From an uncultured Bacteroidota bacterium (GTDB lineage: Bacteria > Bacteroidota > Bacteroidia > Flavobacteriales > Flavobacteriaceae), in the NCBI GenBank assembly GCA_903824755.1, contig CAIJXW010000024.1, forward strand, positions 228 through 64,227: a stretch of DNA of 64,000 bases. Direction: 5' to 3'. How positions within the stretch are numbered: position 1 is the first letter of the stretch; every line of letters starts with the position of its first letter. Shown here piece after piece: positions 29,670-38,732 of this stretch. A program made the translations under genes and the position numbers. Under the pieces are notes generated by a model that was not told the origin of the DNA, did no database searches, and saw only the letters and a program-made list of their open reading frames with translations.

Positions 29670-29812
29670 GAAAATGTGAGTGCAAATATACAACTAATTA
29701 TCACCCACGCAAAAATAAATGTTCTTTTATTTAAAGTTCAAATCCAAGCCAATATTGTACTATAAATTCTGATATTTTTATTGTATTTTTGGTTATCCCT
29801 AACAATAAAAAT

Positions 29813-31201
29813 ATGAATACTATAAAAGCATACGTACAAGAAAATAAAACACGATTCATTGACGAATTAATCGAATTATTGAAAATCCCTTCCGTTAGTG
29901 CCGATGCCGCCTATTCTCAAGACGTAATAAACACAGCCGATGCCGTAAAAAATAGCCTAGAAAATGCGGGTTGCGACTTTGTAGAAATTTGTGACACACC
30001 AGGATATCCAATCGTATATGGCGAAAAAATTATCGACAACACTCTTCCCACTATTTTGGTATATGGCCATTATGATGTGCAACCGCCAGACCCCATAGAA
30101 TTATGGACTTCTCCCCCATTTGAACCCGTGATTAAAACCACCGAAATTCACCCAGAAGGAGCCATTTTTGCTCGTGGTGCTTGTGATGATAAAGGCCAAA
30201 TGTATATGCACGTCAAAGCATTAGAATATATGGTTCGGTCCAAAACCTTGCCTTGCAACGTAAAATTCATGATAGAAGGCGAAGAAGAAGTAGGTTCAAA
30301 AAGCCTAAGCTGGTTTGTAGAACGAAACCAAGAAAAACTAAAATGTGACGTAATACTAATTTCCGATACCGGAATGATCTCCAATCAGCAACCTTCTATA
30401 ACAACAGGACTAAGAGGTTTGAGCTATGTAGAAGTCGAAGTTACAGGCCCAAATCGCGACTTGCACTCTGGACTTTATGGCGGAGCAGTTGCCAATCCAA
30501 TAAATATACTAGCCAAAATGATAGCATCGCTTCATGACGAAAACAACCACATTACCATTCCAGGATTCTATGACAATGTCGAAGAATTATCGATAGAAGA
30601 AAGAGCCGAAATGGCAAAAGCACCCTTCAATTTAGACGACTATAAAAAAGCCCTCAACCTCAACGACATCTATGGCGAAAAAGGATATCTAACGAACGAG
30701 CGAAACTCCATCCGTCCAACATTAGACGTCAACGGAATTTGGGGCGGCTATACTGGCGAAGGAGCAAAAACAGTAATCGCAAGCAAAGCATTCGCCAAAA
30801 TCTCCATGAGATTAGTGCCAAATCAAGACTGGGAAACCATCACCGAACTATTCACAAAACACTTCACAAGCATTGCCCCTGCTGGCGTGACCGTAAAAGT
30901 CACACCCCATCACGGCGGCCAAGGCTATGTCACCCCAACGGATAGTATCGGCTACAAAGCAGCAAATATGGCCTATACAGAAACCTTCGGAGTGCCAGCA
31001 ATTCCAGTGCGTTCCGGCGGAAGTATCCCGATAGTAGCCCTTTTCGAAAAAGAACTCAAAAGCAAAACAATCCTCATGGGATTTGGCCTCGACAGCGACG
31101 CAATCCACTCGCCAAACGAACATTTCGGTATATTCAATTACCTAAAAGGAATCGAAACCATTCCGCTATTCTACAAATATTTCGTAGAATTAAGCAAATA
31201 A
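29813..31201 (+). CDS. M20/ArgE-DapE family dipeptidase
   Basis: YGHYDVQP, ARGACDDKGQ, EGEEEVGS, DLHSG, IHSPNE. Confidence 0.92.
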   Translation: MNTIKAYVQENKTRFIDELIELLKIPSVSADAAYSQDVINTADAVKNSLENAGCDFVEICDTPGYPIVYGEKIIDNTLPTILVYGHYDVQPPDPIELWTSPPFEPVIKTTEIHPEGAIFARGACDDKGQMYMHVKALEYMVRSKTLPCNVKFMIEGEEEVGSKSLSWFVERNQEKLKCDVILISDTGMISNQQPSITTGLRGLSYVEVEVTGPNRDLHSGLYGGAVANPINILAKMIASLHDENNHITIPGFYDNVEELSIEERAEMAKAPFNLDDYKKALNLNDIYGEKGYLTNERNSIRPTLDVNGIWGGYTGEGAKTVIASKAFAKISMRLVPNQDWETITELFTKHFTSIAPAGVTVKVTPHHGGQGYVTPTDSIGYKAANMAYTETFGVPAIPVRSGGSIPIVALFEKELKSKTILMGFGLDSDAIHSPNEHFGIFNYLKGIETIPLFYKYFVELSK

Positions 31202-31219
31202 ATAACACCAATAAACCAC

Positions 31220-31247
31220 AAAATCCGTTCAGTAATGAGCGGATTTT
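31220..31247 (+). terminator. Intrinsic terminator
   Basis: aaaatccgttca-gtaa-tgagcggatttt. Confidence 0.75.
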
Positions 31248-31250
31248 ATA

Positions 31251-31378
31251 TTTGGGCGTGCCCTCGTTTAGAACGTCATTTCACTGCACGAAGCAATCAC
31301 TAAACTCGGTCGAGCTGTTCGCTACAATCTCTGTTCCACTTCGTTACACAGAGGATTTTCGCTGCCATCTCTCACGCA
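31251..31378 (-). ncRNA. Longer variant of the Flavo-1-like structured repeat (copy C)
   Basis: Minus strand GCGTGAGAGATGGCAGCGAAAATCCTCTGT...ACAGAGATTGTAGCGAACAGCTCGACC...GAGGGCACGCCCAAA; shares the GATnGnAGCGAAnAnC twin motif with copies A and B. Confidence 0.6.
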
Positions 31379-31387
31379 AAAAACTAA

Positions 31388-31753
31388 CTAGAAAGCTAAA
31401 ACTTCCAATTGCGCTTTCTTGGTTAAGCTTTTAAAAACCAATTCATAAGAATGGTCAATCAATTCTTTGATTAATATATCGGTAACATCACGATTTATTG
31501 CTATTGTGTTCCAATGAATTTTGCTCATGTGCCATCCTGGTTTTATATCGTCATATAGAACCCTTAATTCTTCGGCATATTCAGGTTTGCATTTCAAATT
31601 TACAGATGGCACGCCTTTTTCCCATTGGGACAAGGAAGAAAGTGCAAACATTTTTCCACCAACTTTAAACACTAATGTTTCTTCATCAAAAGGAAAATGC
31701 TCCGTAACACCTTTCTTGGAAAGACAATATTCATAGAATATTTCTAGATTCAT
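31388..31753 (-). CDS. MmcQ/YjbR family protein
   Basis: FPFDEETLVFKVGGKMFAL, VNLKC, PGWHMSKIHWNT. Confidence 0.92.
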   Translation of the reverse strand: MNLEIFYEYCLSKKGVTEHFPFDEETLVFKVGGKMFALSSLSQWEKGVPSVNLKCKPEYAEELRVLYDDIKPGWHMSKIHWNTIAINRDVTDILIKELIDHSYELVFKSLTKKAQLEVLAF

Positions 31754-32508
31754 TTTTGAATTGCATATAAAATAGGTTTGCTCGGACTTGCATCGTTTTC
31801 AAAAGATGCCATTTGCAAATTCAACAAATAGTTCCCGTCTTTTACCGCATTATTCACAAAAATCATTTCAGTAATAGTACAGTTTATTCGGGCATCGGCG
31901 TTGAGATTTGTCACATTTTTTACATTCCAAAATGCTTTGTGTGCCAATAGTTTTCCATCATCTTGCTCTTTGTCTACACTTGGCAAATCTATTAACAAAT
32001 GTTGAATACCACATTCGCGAATAAAAATCGCAGCATCTTCAGACAAATAAGGTGGATTGGTATTCGAATATTTCATCGATAATTTATCGGAAGTATTCGG
32101 CAAAGTTCTGATGACGATGGCTTCGGGTGACGTTCCGTTTAACGCATTTTCAATTTGGTTTTTTGTAATTACCAAATCTTCATTTTGTATTTCTGGCTGC
32201 ACAGAAATCAATTCGGCCAAAAAGAAAAACTGCTTTAATGATTGATTTATCGAGTAGAATTCTTTTGTAATATGCCCCAAACACTCGGTATGCGTTCCGT
32301 GACCGTGAGGATTAAAGAAGATATTATTGAAATTTGTTGAAGAACTTCCTTCGGAAACTTTTCCTATCCAGTCACCAAAAACTACGGGTTCAATTATGGG
32401 TTTATCAATATACCACGCAATTGGATTATCGTCATTATTGGTCAACGAAATAGAAATATCAATTGGTTTTGATAAATCAACTTCAAAATTATTTATTTTT
32501 GCTATCAT
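31750..32508 (-). CDS. Cyclase family metal-dependent hydrolase (kynurenine formamidase-like)
   Basis: HGHGTHTECLGH, LLIDLPSVD, DASPS. Confidence 0.85.
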   Translation of the reverse strand: MIAKINNFEVDLSKPIDISISLTNNDDNPIAWYIDKPIIEPVVFGDWIGKVSEGSSSTNFNNIFFNPHGHGTHTECLGHITKEFYSINQSLKQFFFLAELISVQPEIQNEDLVITKNQIENALNGTSPEAIVIRTLPNTSDKLSMKYSNTNPPYLSEDAAIFIRECGIQHLLIDLPSVDKEQDDGKLLAHKAFWNVKNVTNLNADARINCTITEMIFVNNAVKDGNYLLNLQMASFENDASPSKPILYAIQK

Positions 32509-32514
32509 AATATA

Positions 32515-32589
32515 TTAAACCACGAAGGGGACAACGGTTTCACTAAGTTCACTAAGATTTGTTTTCTCTTTGTGTGCTTTGTGGTTAAA
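32515..32589. repeat. REP-like imperfect palindrome with an internal 9-bp tandem repeat
   Basis: aaccacgaaggggacaa...ttgtgtgctttgtggtt arms; ttcactaag x2 at 32539-32556. Confidence 0.55.
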
Positions 32590-33723
32590 CTACACCAAAT
32601 TTAAGTAAAATAAATCTGATGCGATTCCATCTGTCAAAAACTTTCCTTTTTTTGTAGGTCGCAAAAGGTTATTTTCTATAAAAACCAAATCATCATTCAA
32701 GTATTTCTGAACCTGTTTCAACAAATAATCAGCATAGATATTTCCAAAATCTTGTTTGATTTTATCAATTGACACTCCCCAAATTGTCCGCAATCCTGTC
32801 ATTATATATTCGTTATAGCGATCCGTAATTGTTAAAATCTCCGTTTCATTTGGAAGTTGGTTTTTGCTCAATGCATCTATATAAAGTGAATTATTTGACA
32901 CGTTCCAACTTCTAGAAAAACCATTAAAACTATGTGCCGAAGGGCCAATTCCGATATATTTTTTTCCGAGCCAATAGGCCGAATTATTTTTTGAAAAATA
33001 GTTTTCTTTACCAAAATTTGATAATTCATAATGGATAAAATTATTTGCTTCGAGCAATTCTACCAAAATAGAAAAATGTTCTTGAGCAACATCATCGTTT
33101 GGTTTTGCGATTTTTCCTTTTTGAATTAAGGCATGCAATGCGGTTTTTGGCTCAACCGTTAAAGCATAACTCGAAATATGCGAAATACCATAAGACAAGG
33201 CCTTATTGATGTTTTGAATCCATATTTCATTACTCATTCCTGGTATTCCATAAATTAAATCCAACGAAATGTTATCGAAATATTGCGTTGCAATTGCCAA
33301 ACATTTTTTGGCTTCTTCCGAATTATGTGCTCGGTTCATTAGCTTTAAATCTGCTTCAAAAAAAGACTGAATCCCAATACTTAATCGGTTAATTTTGGTT
33401 TTCGATAATTCGATAATTCGTTCTTCGGTCAAATCATCAGGGTTTGCTTCAATGGTAATTTCAGGATTTTCGGTAACCAAATAATTATTATAAACAGTAT
33501 CAATCAAAAGCAAGAAATCTGAAATTTGTAATATGGAGGGCGTTCCTCCCCCAAAATAAATAGTTTCTACTGTTTCATGCTCCATCTCCCTTTTTCGCAA
33601 CTTTAATTCATTGGCAATAGCCAAAACCATTTCGTCTTTTTTCTTCAATGAAGTCGAAAAATGAAAGTCGCAATAATGACATGCTTGCTTGCAAAAAGGA
33701 ATATGAATATAGATACCGCTCAT
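32590..33723 (-). CDS. hemW: Radical SAM heme chaperone HemW
   Basis: YIHIPFCKQACHYCDF, YFGGGTPS, HYELSNF. Confidence 0.92.
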   Translation of the reverse strand: MSGIYIHIPFCKQACHYCDFHFSTSLKKKDEMVLAIANELKLRKREMEHETVETIYFGGGTPSILQISDFLLLIDTVYNNYLVTENPEITIEANPDDLTEERIIELSKTKINRLSIGIQSFFEADLKLMNRAHNSEEAKKCLAIATQYFDNISLDLIYGIPGMSNEIWIQNINKALSYGISHISSYALTVEPKTALHALIQKGKIAKPNDDVAQEHFSILVELLEANNFIHYELSNFGKENYFSKNNSAYWLGKKYIGIGPSAHSFNGFSRSWNVSNNSLYIDALSKNQLPNETEILTITDRYNEYIMTGLRTIWGVSIDKIKQDFGNIYADYLLKQVQKYLNDDLVFIENNLLRPTKKGKFLTDGIASDLFYLNLV

Positions 33724-33809
33724 AGCTTTGTGGTCTGAAATTGGTGGTAATTAATCGGTTTTATTTTGAAAAAATAGTCTTACTTGTCTGCATAAAAATT
33801 TACTAAACA

Positions 33810-34364
33810 CTATTTTTTTATTCGAGCTTCGTTATTCTTCACAAAAGCGTCCCAACCGGTATAGCTTTTCTCTCCAGTGGTTTTTCCTGAGTTGAAAAAA
33901 TGACAAACTGCTGCTGCCAAGCCATCTGTTGAATCAAGATTTTTTGGTAATTCTTTTAGTCCTAATAGTTGTTGCAACATTTTGGCCACTTGTTCTTTGC
34001 TAGCATTTCCGTTTCCAGTAATGGCCATTTTTATTTTTTTTGGTTCATATTCTGTTATTGGAATATCCCGAGAGAGTCCTGCTGCCATTGCTACTCCTTG
34101 TGCCCTTCCGAGTTTTAGCATCGACTGAACGTTTTTTCCAAAAAAAGGGGCTTCTATAGCAATTTCATCGGGATTATGGGTTTCGATTAGCTCAATTGTG
34201 CGTTCAAAAATGATTTTAAGTTTTTGATAATGATTGTCATATTTTGAAAGTTGCAATTCATTGAGCTGAACAAATTGCATATTTTTTCCTACCACTTTTA
34301 TGATTCCAAAACCCATGATAGTCGTTCCTGGGTCGATTCCTAAAATAATTCGTTCGTTTACCAA
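33810..34364 (-). CDS. ruvC: Holliday junction resolvase RuvC
   Basis: ILGIDPGT, AIEAPFFGKN, ITGNGNASKEQV, DSTDGLAAAVCH. Confidence 0.96.
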   Translation of the reverse strand: MVNERIILGIDPGTTIMGFGIIKVVGKNMQFVQLNELQLSKYDNHYQKLKIIFERTIELIETHNPDEIAIEAPFFGKNVQSMLKLGRAQGVAMAAGLSRDIPITEYEPKKIKMAITGNGNASKEQVAKMLQQLLGLKELPKNLDSTDGLAAAVCHFFNSGKTTGEKSYTGWDAFVKNNEARIKK

Positions 34365-34841
34365 TTATTCTGTTTTTATTATTACGGGCAAAATAAATTG
34401 AGTTTTTACAGGAATTCCCCTTTTGATAGCTGGATTTACTTTTGGAAAATCTATTAGCCTACTTTGAAGAATACTATCGATTTTTACTTTATCATAAGCA
34501 ACGCTATCTTTTGGAAATTGAGGCTCAAACTCCATAGTTGCATTTGGATATACGGTTACTTTAACTTCAATGGTGTCTAATTCTGGATATAAAATAGAAA
34601 GTGTATCGATGCTAAGTTTTTCTTGAATAGTTTGTGTCAATAATTCGAAGAAACAACGTTCTCTTGTGCTTTTGTTCTTGATTTTTTCGCATTCAGAGAA
34701 AGATGGATACTCATCAACTTCATTCCAATTGATGGATTTCATTTCTTTTTCTAATAGCTCTTTTTTGGAAGGCACCTGCATGTCAAAATACTGACACGAA
34801 GAAATCATTAGAAGAAATAAAAGAGAAATTATTTTTTTCAT
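34365..34841 (-). CDS. Conserved hypothetical lipoprotein (TonB C-terminal-like segment)
   Basis: Lipobox SSC; VDEYPSFSEC...CF and PAIKRGIPVKTQFILPV. Confidence 0.65.
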   Translation of the reverse strand: MKKIISLLFLLMISSCQYFDMQVPSKKELLEKEMKSINWNEVDEYPSFSECEKIKNKSTRERCFFELLTQTIQEKLSIDTLSILYPELDTIEVKVTVYPNATMEFEPQFPKDSVAYDKVKIDSILQSRLIDFPKVNPAIKRGIPVKTQFILPVIIKTE

Positions 34842-34916
34842 ATCGTATTGAACTAAATATCTGAATTCAAAAATAAGAAATATTATTCAGTGAAAATCAG
34901 CTTTATAATAAAAAAG

Positions 34917-34943
34917 AAAAACCTTCAACGAATTGAAGGTTTT
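34917..34943 (-). terminator. Intrinsic terminator
   Basis: aaaaccttcaa-cgaa-ttgaaggtttt. Confidence 0.75.
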
Positions 34944-34964
34944 CAGTGACATAAATAGGCTTGA

Positions 34965-37900
34965 TTATCTAATTATCATTTTTTTAATAACTTTCTGATT
35001 TGAAGTGGTTGTTACTTCTATCAAATAGATTCCTGAATTTACAGCTGACAAATCGACTGTTTGCGAAGTCGCTTCATTTGATGAATTTTGAATTGCAATA
35101 ATTTTTCCTAACACATCATAAACCACTATTTTGGCAATCGAATCTATATTGTTTTTTAATGAAACAGTCACCAAATCATTAACTGGGTTTGGATAAAAAA
35201 CAAAATTGGCGTTTTCAAAATCAGTTGTTCCTAATATTTGATAAAATTCAGTATTGAAAGTATTTGTAATAATTGCTGGATTAAAATCAAAAAATATTGA
35301 GGCCGTATTTGGAATAATATCTCCAACAACATAGCCCGGTTTTGGTTTCACTTTGAACATTATATACCCTTTTGAAGCTATAGGATTTTGAATGGTTGCT
35401 GGAAGTTGAATATTGTCGAATTTCCATGTAAGCAAGTTGTCTATTCGGTCCATTGTATAGCTGTGACTTGTATTCACCATTTTTATTGACGTTTCGTCAA
35501 GTTTAGCGTCTAGAACATCTATTACTTTGACATTGATGGCGCTGGCTGTTCCTGTGTTTTCAAAATTAATTGTATAATACAAATAATTATTAGGGGTAAA
35601 ATTTGTGATTAAAATTCTAGAACCATGAGACTCTAATTTATCGTTTGGATCATAAGACCCAACTATTGTTTGACTTAAAATATTAGAGTTGTTTTCTGCA
35701 ACAATATCACCTATAAGCGGAACTATTGTAGCGTTATTTATCAGTTGATTTCCTAAAGTCACGGTCGGAATAGTAGGGACTGACATTGTAACATTGATTA
35801 CTCGATATTCAAAAGGCAATAAATTTGTAAAGTTATAGGAAAAACCAGTTATTGTTGGCGTTGCACCCGCTTGAGAGTTTTCTGTTATTGTAACCAAGGC
35901 ATCTTTTTGAAAATTTATTGTTCCTGAAGTCACCGTTTGGTTCCCTAAATTTGCATATACAATCTTGTTTTGATAGGTAAATCCTGGACGAGGTTGCTGA
36001 ATTGGAATTATTGAAATAGCTAAATCATTATAGGCTTGAGTAATTGTTATTGGGAAATTATAAGGTTGCATTCCTGCTCCTACAACAATGTGAACGTTGC
36101 TATATGTTGCTGTTGCTATTCCATATACTGCTGCATAATTAGGGTCAACCGAAAAACTCAAATCATATGAATTTGAAGGGTTAATATCATAGATGTTATA
36201 AACCCCTGTTGGAGCAAATACATTATGAACATCTCCATTCGCATTGACTTCATAATGAAACTGCCCTAACGGAAAATTTTGTTCACCCGTATCTTGTGTT
36301 CCATTAGCATTTATATCCAAAAAGGCATTCAAACGCAATCCTGAACAATTAATAGTCCCTTGATTTGATGCAGACGTAGTTACTTCTGTAATTTTTATAA
36401 ATCCTGGTGCATTACTGAAATTAGTTACCATTATTAAATAATATTCTCCTGGTTGTGCGTTTGGAATAATTGGATATTCCGTAGAATTAGCCGAATAGCT
36501 ACAACACACAATTTTGTTAGCCGTTAATTGACCGCTACACGGAGTTACTGGATCTGTAAATGGTCCATAACAAATATAATCTACATCTAAATCAAGCCCT
36601 TGAAAATTCAAATTTGCGTTTTGTTTAATCATTAAGCTAATGCTTCCAGCACCACTAACTGGCAAATAAAACCAGGTAGGATTAGGCTTTGTCGTAAGGC
36701 AACCATAAGCATTTCCAGATTCTGCTTGAATAGCTTGGTTTGTGTTTACAAATGGTACACCTAATGCACTACACAATGAATTTGCAGTTGCACAAGTATA
36801 AGCATTATTACAAACAGCATACGCTTTTACACGAAATGAATAGATACTATCGCAAGTAGAAGATATTATTTCTCTCACAAATATTGTGGTTATTGGTGTT
36901 TGAGTCCCTACCGTAAAAGTTGTAGGGTTCGTTATTGGAACATTTTGATATTGTGCATTTGTTAGCGAAGTATAATATTGCAAACTGTTTGTTGTGTTTA
37001 TTTGAGCTTGAATTGAAGTAAGGTTAAAGGTTACTGACGAGTCATTATTCTCATCACATTGTTCCATATCAGTTAGAACAGTAACCGTATTGTTATAGGT
37101 GACTGTATTCAAATAGAATCCCATAATTTGAACATCAGCATTAACTGTATTGATCAATTTTGCATACACCACAGTTGATCCTAAAGCGGTGCAATACTGT
37201 GTTGGATTTGAAATTAAATTAGTATTTAAACTTGCATCTGCATAAGTTGGAAAATAGAAAACTGAATATAAAGCTGGATCCAAAGTTCCAATAATTATTG
37301 GGGTATTTGCTGTTAAATCATAACAGGATTGATTATTACTGTCACACTGAGACATGTTTAATGGCTGTCCAGATTGAGGAGTACAATTTGAAGTAACAAT
37401 AGTTACTGGATTAGACCATTCGCTAATGTTAGTTGTCGAACACATTGTGCGAACATATGCTAGATAAGTAGTCCCGCAAACTAACCCAACTGCTGAATAA
37501 GTAGTACTTGAAGCAATAGAAATAGCCGTAGTATTTGCATTAGGAGCTGGAGTTCCTTGAGGCGTAATATAAACTTGATATTGAGCAACATTTGAAGTAG
37601 CTCCCCAATTTATTACAGCACTTGTTTGAGTAAAAGAGCTTGCAGATAATGTTGTAGGCGGACTACAAGTTGCCGTACTACAATTTGTTGTTATTACTGT
37701 TGCCGTTGTGATTGTATCACAACCCGTAACTGTATTTTGTGTTTTGGCATAAAGCAAATGTGTTGCTGGTGATGAGAATGAAAATGGACTTACTAGCGGA
37801 CTGAAAGATGATTCGGCGTTTGAATAATTTGAAAAATATTGAGTTACTGAGGTGTTTGAAGATGTTTGACCGTTTTGATACATAATACTTGTCAGCACAG

Positions 37901-38309
37901 AGGCATCAACAAAAACAACACCATCGTTATTTGTATCGCAGGCAGAATAAGTAATATCTTGAACAAATGGATTACTATTCACATTTAAACTAAAAACATT
38001 TATGGTTACTTCAGAAGTCAAAATGTTAAAAACGCGAACAAAAATTGCTTGTTGATTAGATAAATTAGTATAATTTGTGGCTGGATTTATTGCATTAACT
38101 CCATTAGTGGCATCAGTTTGTGTTTCATGATAACTAACTAAAAAATCTGATGGATTTAACCCTGCTAATGCAAATGGCGTGTTTGTAGTTAAATCAAATT
38201 CGGCAGTTCCAGAATGACTACATTGCTGAAGATTAGGCACTTGATTGTTTGATTGAGAAAACAAAAAAGAGGAAGTTAATAATAATAAAAAGAGTATATT
38301 TTTTTTCAT
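34965..38309 (-). CDS. Large T9SS-secreted protein (Cys-containing adhesin-like repeats, Fn3 domain, SYDPNDK domain, type A CTD)
   Basis: Signal peptide; repeated C-D..FDLT..YY.T..DA modules; VGSYDPNDK...YTINFENTGTA...IFFDFNPAIITN; FYPNPV CTD. Confidence 0.85.
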   Translation of the reverse strand: MKKNILFLLLLTSSFLFSQSNNQVPNLQQCSHSGTAEFDLTTNTPFALAGLNPSDFLVSYHETQTDATNGVNAINPATNYTNLSNQQAIFVRVFNILTSEVTINVFSLNVNSNPFVQDITYSACDTNNDGVVFVDASVLTSIMYQNGQTSSNTSVTQYFSNYSNAESSFSPLVSPFSFSSPATHLLYAKTQNTVTGCDTITTATVITTNCSTATCSPPTTLSASSFTQTSAVINWGATSNVAQYQVYITPQGTPAPNANTTAISIASSTTYSAVGLVCGTTYLAYVRTMCSTTNISEWSNPVTIVTSNCTPQSGQPLNMSQCDSNNQSCYDLTANTPIIIGTLDPALYSVFYFPTYADASLNTNLISNPTQYCTALGSTVVYAKLINTVNADVQIMGFYLNTVTYNNTVTVLTDMEQCDENNDSSVTFNLTSIQAQINTTNSLQYYTSLTNAQYQNVPITNPTTFTVGTQTPITTIFVREIISSTCDSIYSFRVKAYAVCNNAYTCATANSLCSALGVPFVNTNQAIQAESGNAYGCLTTKPNPTWFYLPVSGAGSISLMIKQNANLNFQGLDLDVDYICYGPFTDPVTPCSGQLTANKIVCCSYSANSTEYPIIPNAQPGEYYLIMVTNFSNAPGFIKITEVTTSASNQGTINCSGLRLNAFLDINANGTQDTGEQNFPLGQFHYEVNANGDVHNVFAPTGVYNIYDINPSNSYDLSFSVDPNYAAVYGIATATYSNVHIVVGAGMQPYNFPITITQAYNDLAISIIPIQQPRPGFTYQNKIVYANLGNQTVTSGTINFQKDALVTITENSQAGATPTITGFSYNFTNLLPFEYRVINVTMSVPTIPTVTLGNQLINNATIVPLIGDIVAENNSNILSQTIVGSYDPNDKLESHGSRILITNFTPNNYLYYTINFENTGTASAINVKVIDVLDAKLDETSIKMVNTSHSYTMDRIDNLLTWKFDNIQLPATIQNPIASKGYIMFKVKPKPGYVVGDIIPNTASIFFDFNPAIITNTFNTEFYQILGTTDFENANFVFYPNPVNDLVTVSLKNNIDSIAKIVVYDVLGKIIAIQNSSNEATSQTVDLSAVNSGIYLIEVTTTSNQKVIKKMIIR

Positions 38310-38397
38310 AATCTATGTTTAAAAATTTGAAAATTTAACATTTTATAGTGCAATATACAAACTTTCAAACTATTAGAAATAAAAAGTTGCTAAAATC

Positions 38398-38451
38398 AAA
38401 AAAGCTCCCCTTAGATTCTGAAACAAGTTCAGAATAATTTGGAAAGCTTTT
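38398..38451 (-). terminator. Terminator-like hairpin with a REP-like palindrome (38413-38437) in its loop
   Basis: aaaaaagctcccc...ggaaagctttt enclosing agattctgaaacaagttcagaat. Confidence 0.6.
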
Positions 38452-38530
38452 CATTGGTCTAACTACTAAACCGAGCTACGGGTTACAAAGCCGTAGCAAA
38501 ACAACACAACTAATCTTAAAAACCTTTTTT

Positions 38531-38566
38531 GGGCAAAAAAGTCACGTTTTTCAACGTGACTTTCCC
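38531..38566 (-). terminator. Terminator after tRNA-Asp
   Basis: Minus strand aaagtcacgtt-gaaa-aacgtgactttttt. Confidence 0.8.
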
Positions 38567-38574
38567 AATTTAAG

Positions 38575-38648
38575 CGGTCTGGACGGGACTCGAACCCGCG
38601 ACCCCATGCGTGACAGGCATGTATTCTAACCAACTGAACTACCAAACC
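38575..38648 (-). tRNA. tRNA-Asp(GTC)
   Basis: GGTTTGGTAGTTCAGTTGGTTAGAATACATGCCTGTCACGCATGGGGTCGCGGGTTCGAGTCCCGTCCAGACCG; TATATTTG promoter at 38666-38673. Confidence 0.97.
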
Positions 38649-38732
38649 TCGCTTTAATGCGGTTGCAAATATACAACCTATTTCGACTTCTACAAAGATT
38701 TTAAAAAAAATGTTCGATTATTAATCCAAAGC

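Noticed and set aside
29404-29685. 93-aa minus-strand ORF
   Set aside because: Runs through tRNA-Leu and antisense to the DUF885 gene; spurious
29813-31378. Diversity-generating retroelement as the cause of adenine-biased change
   Set aside because: No reverse transcriptase and no template/variable repeat pair seen in the window; the bias is diffuse and synonymous
31252-31434. 60-aa ORF across copy C; likewise 47420-47692 across copy A
   Set aside because: Coincide with structured non-coding repeats; frames are not conserved between copies
33724-33809. 10-codon ORF MQTSKTIFSK between ruvC and hemW
   Set aside because: Too short, with no supporting structure; could be chance or a gene scar
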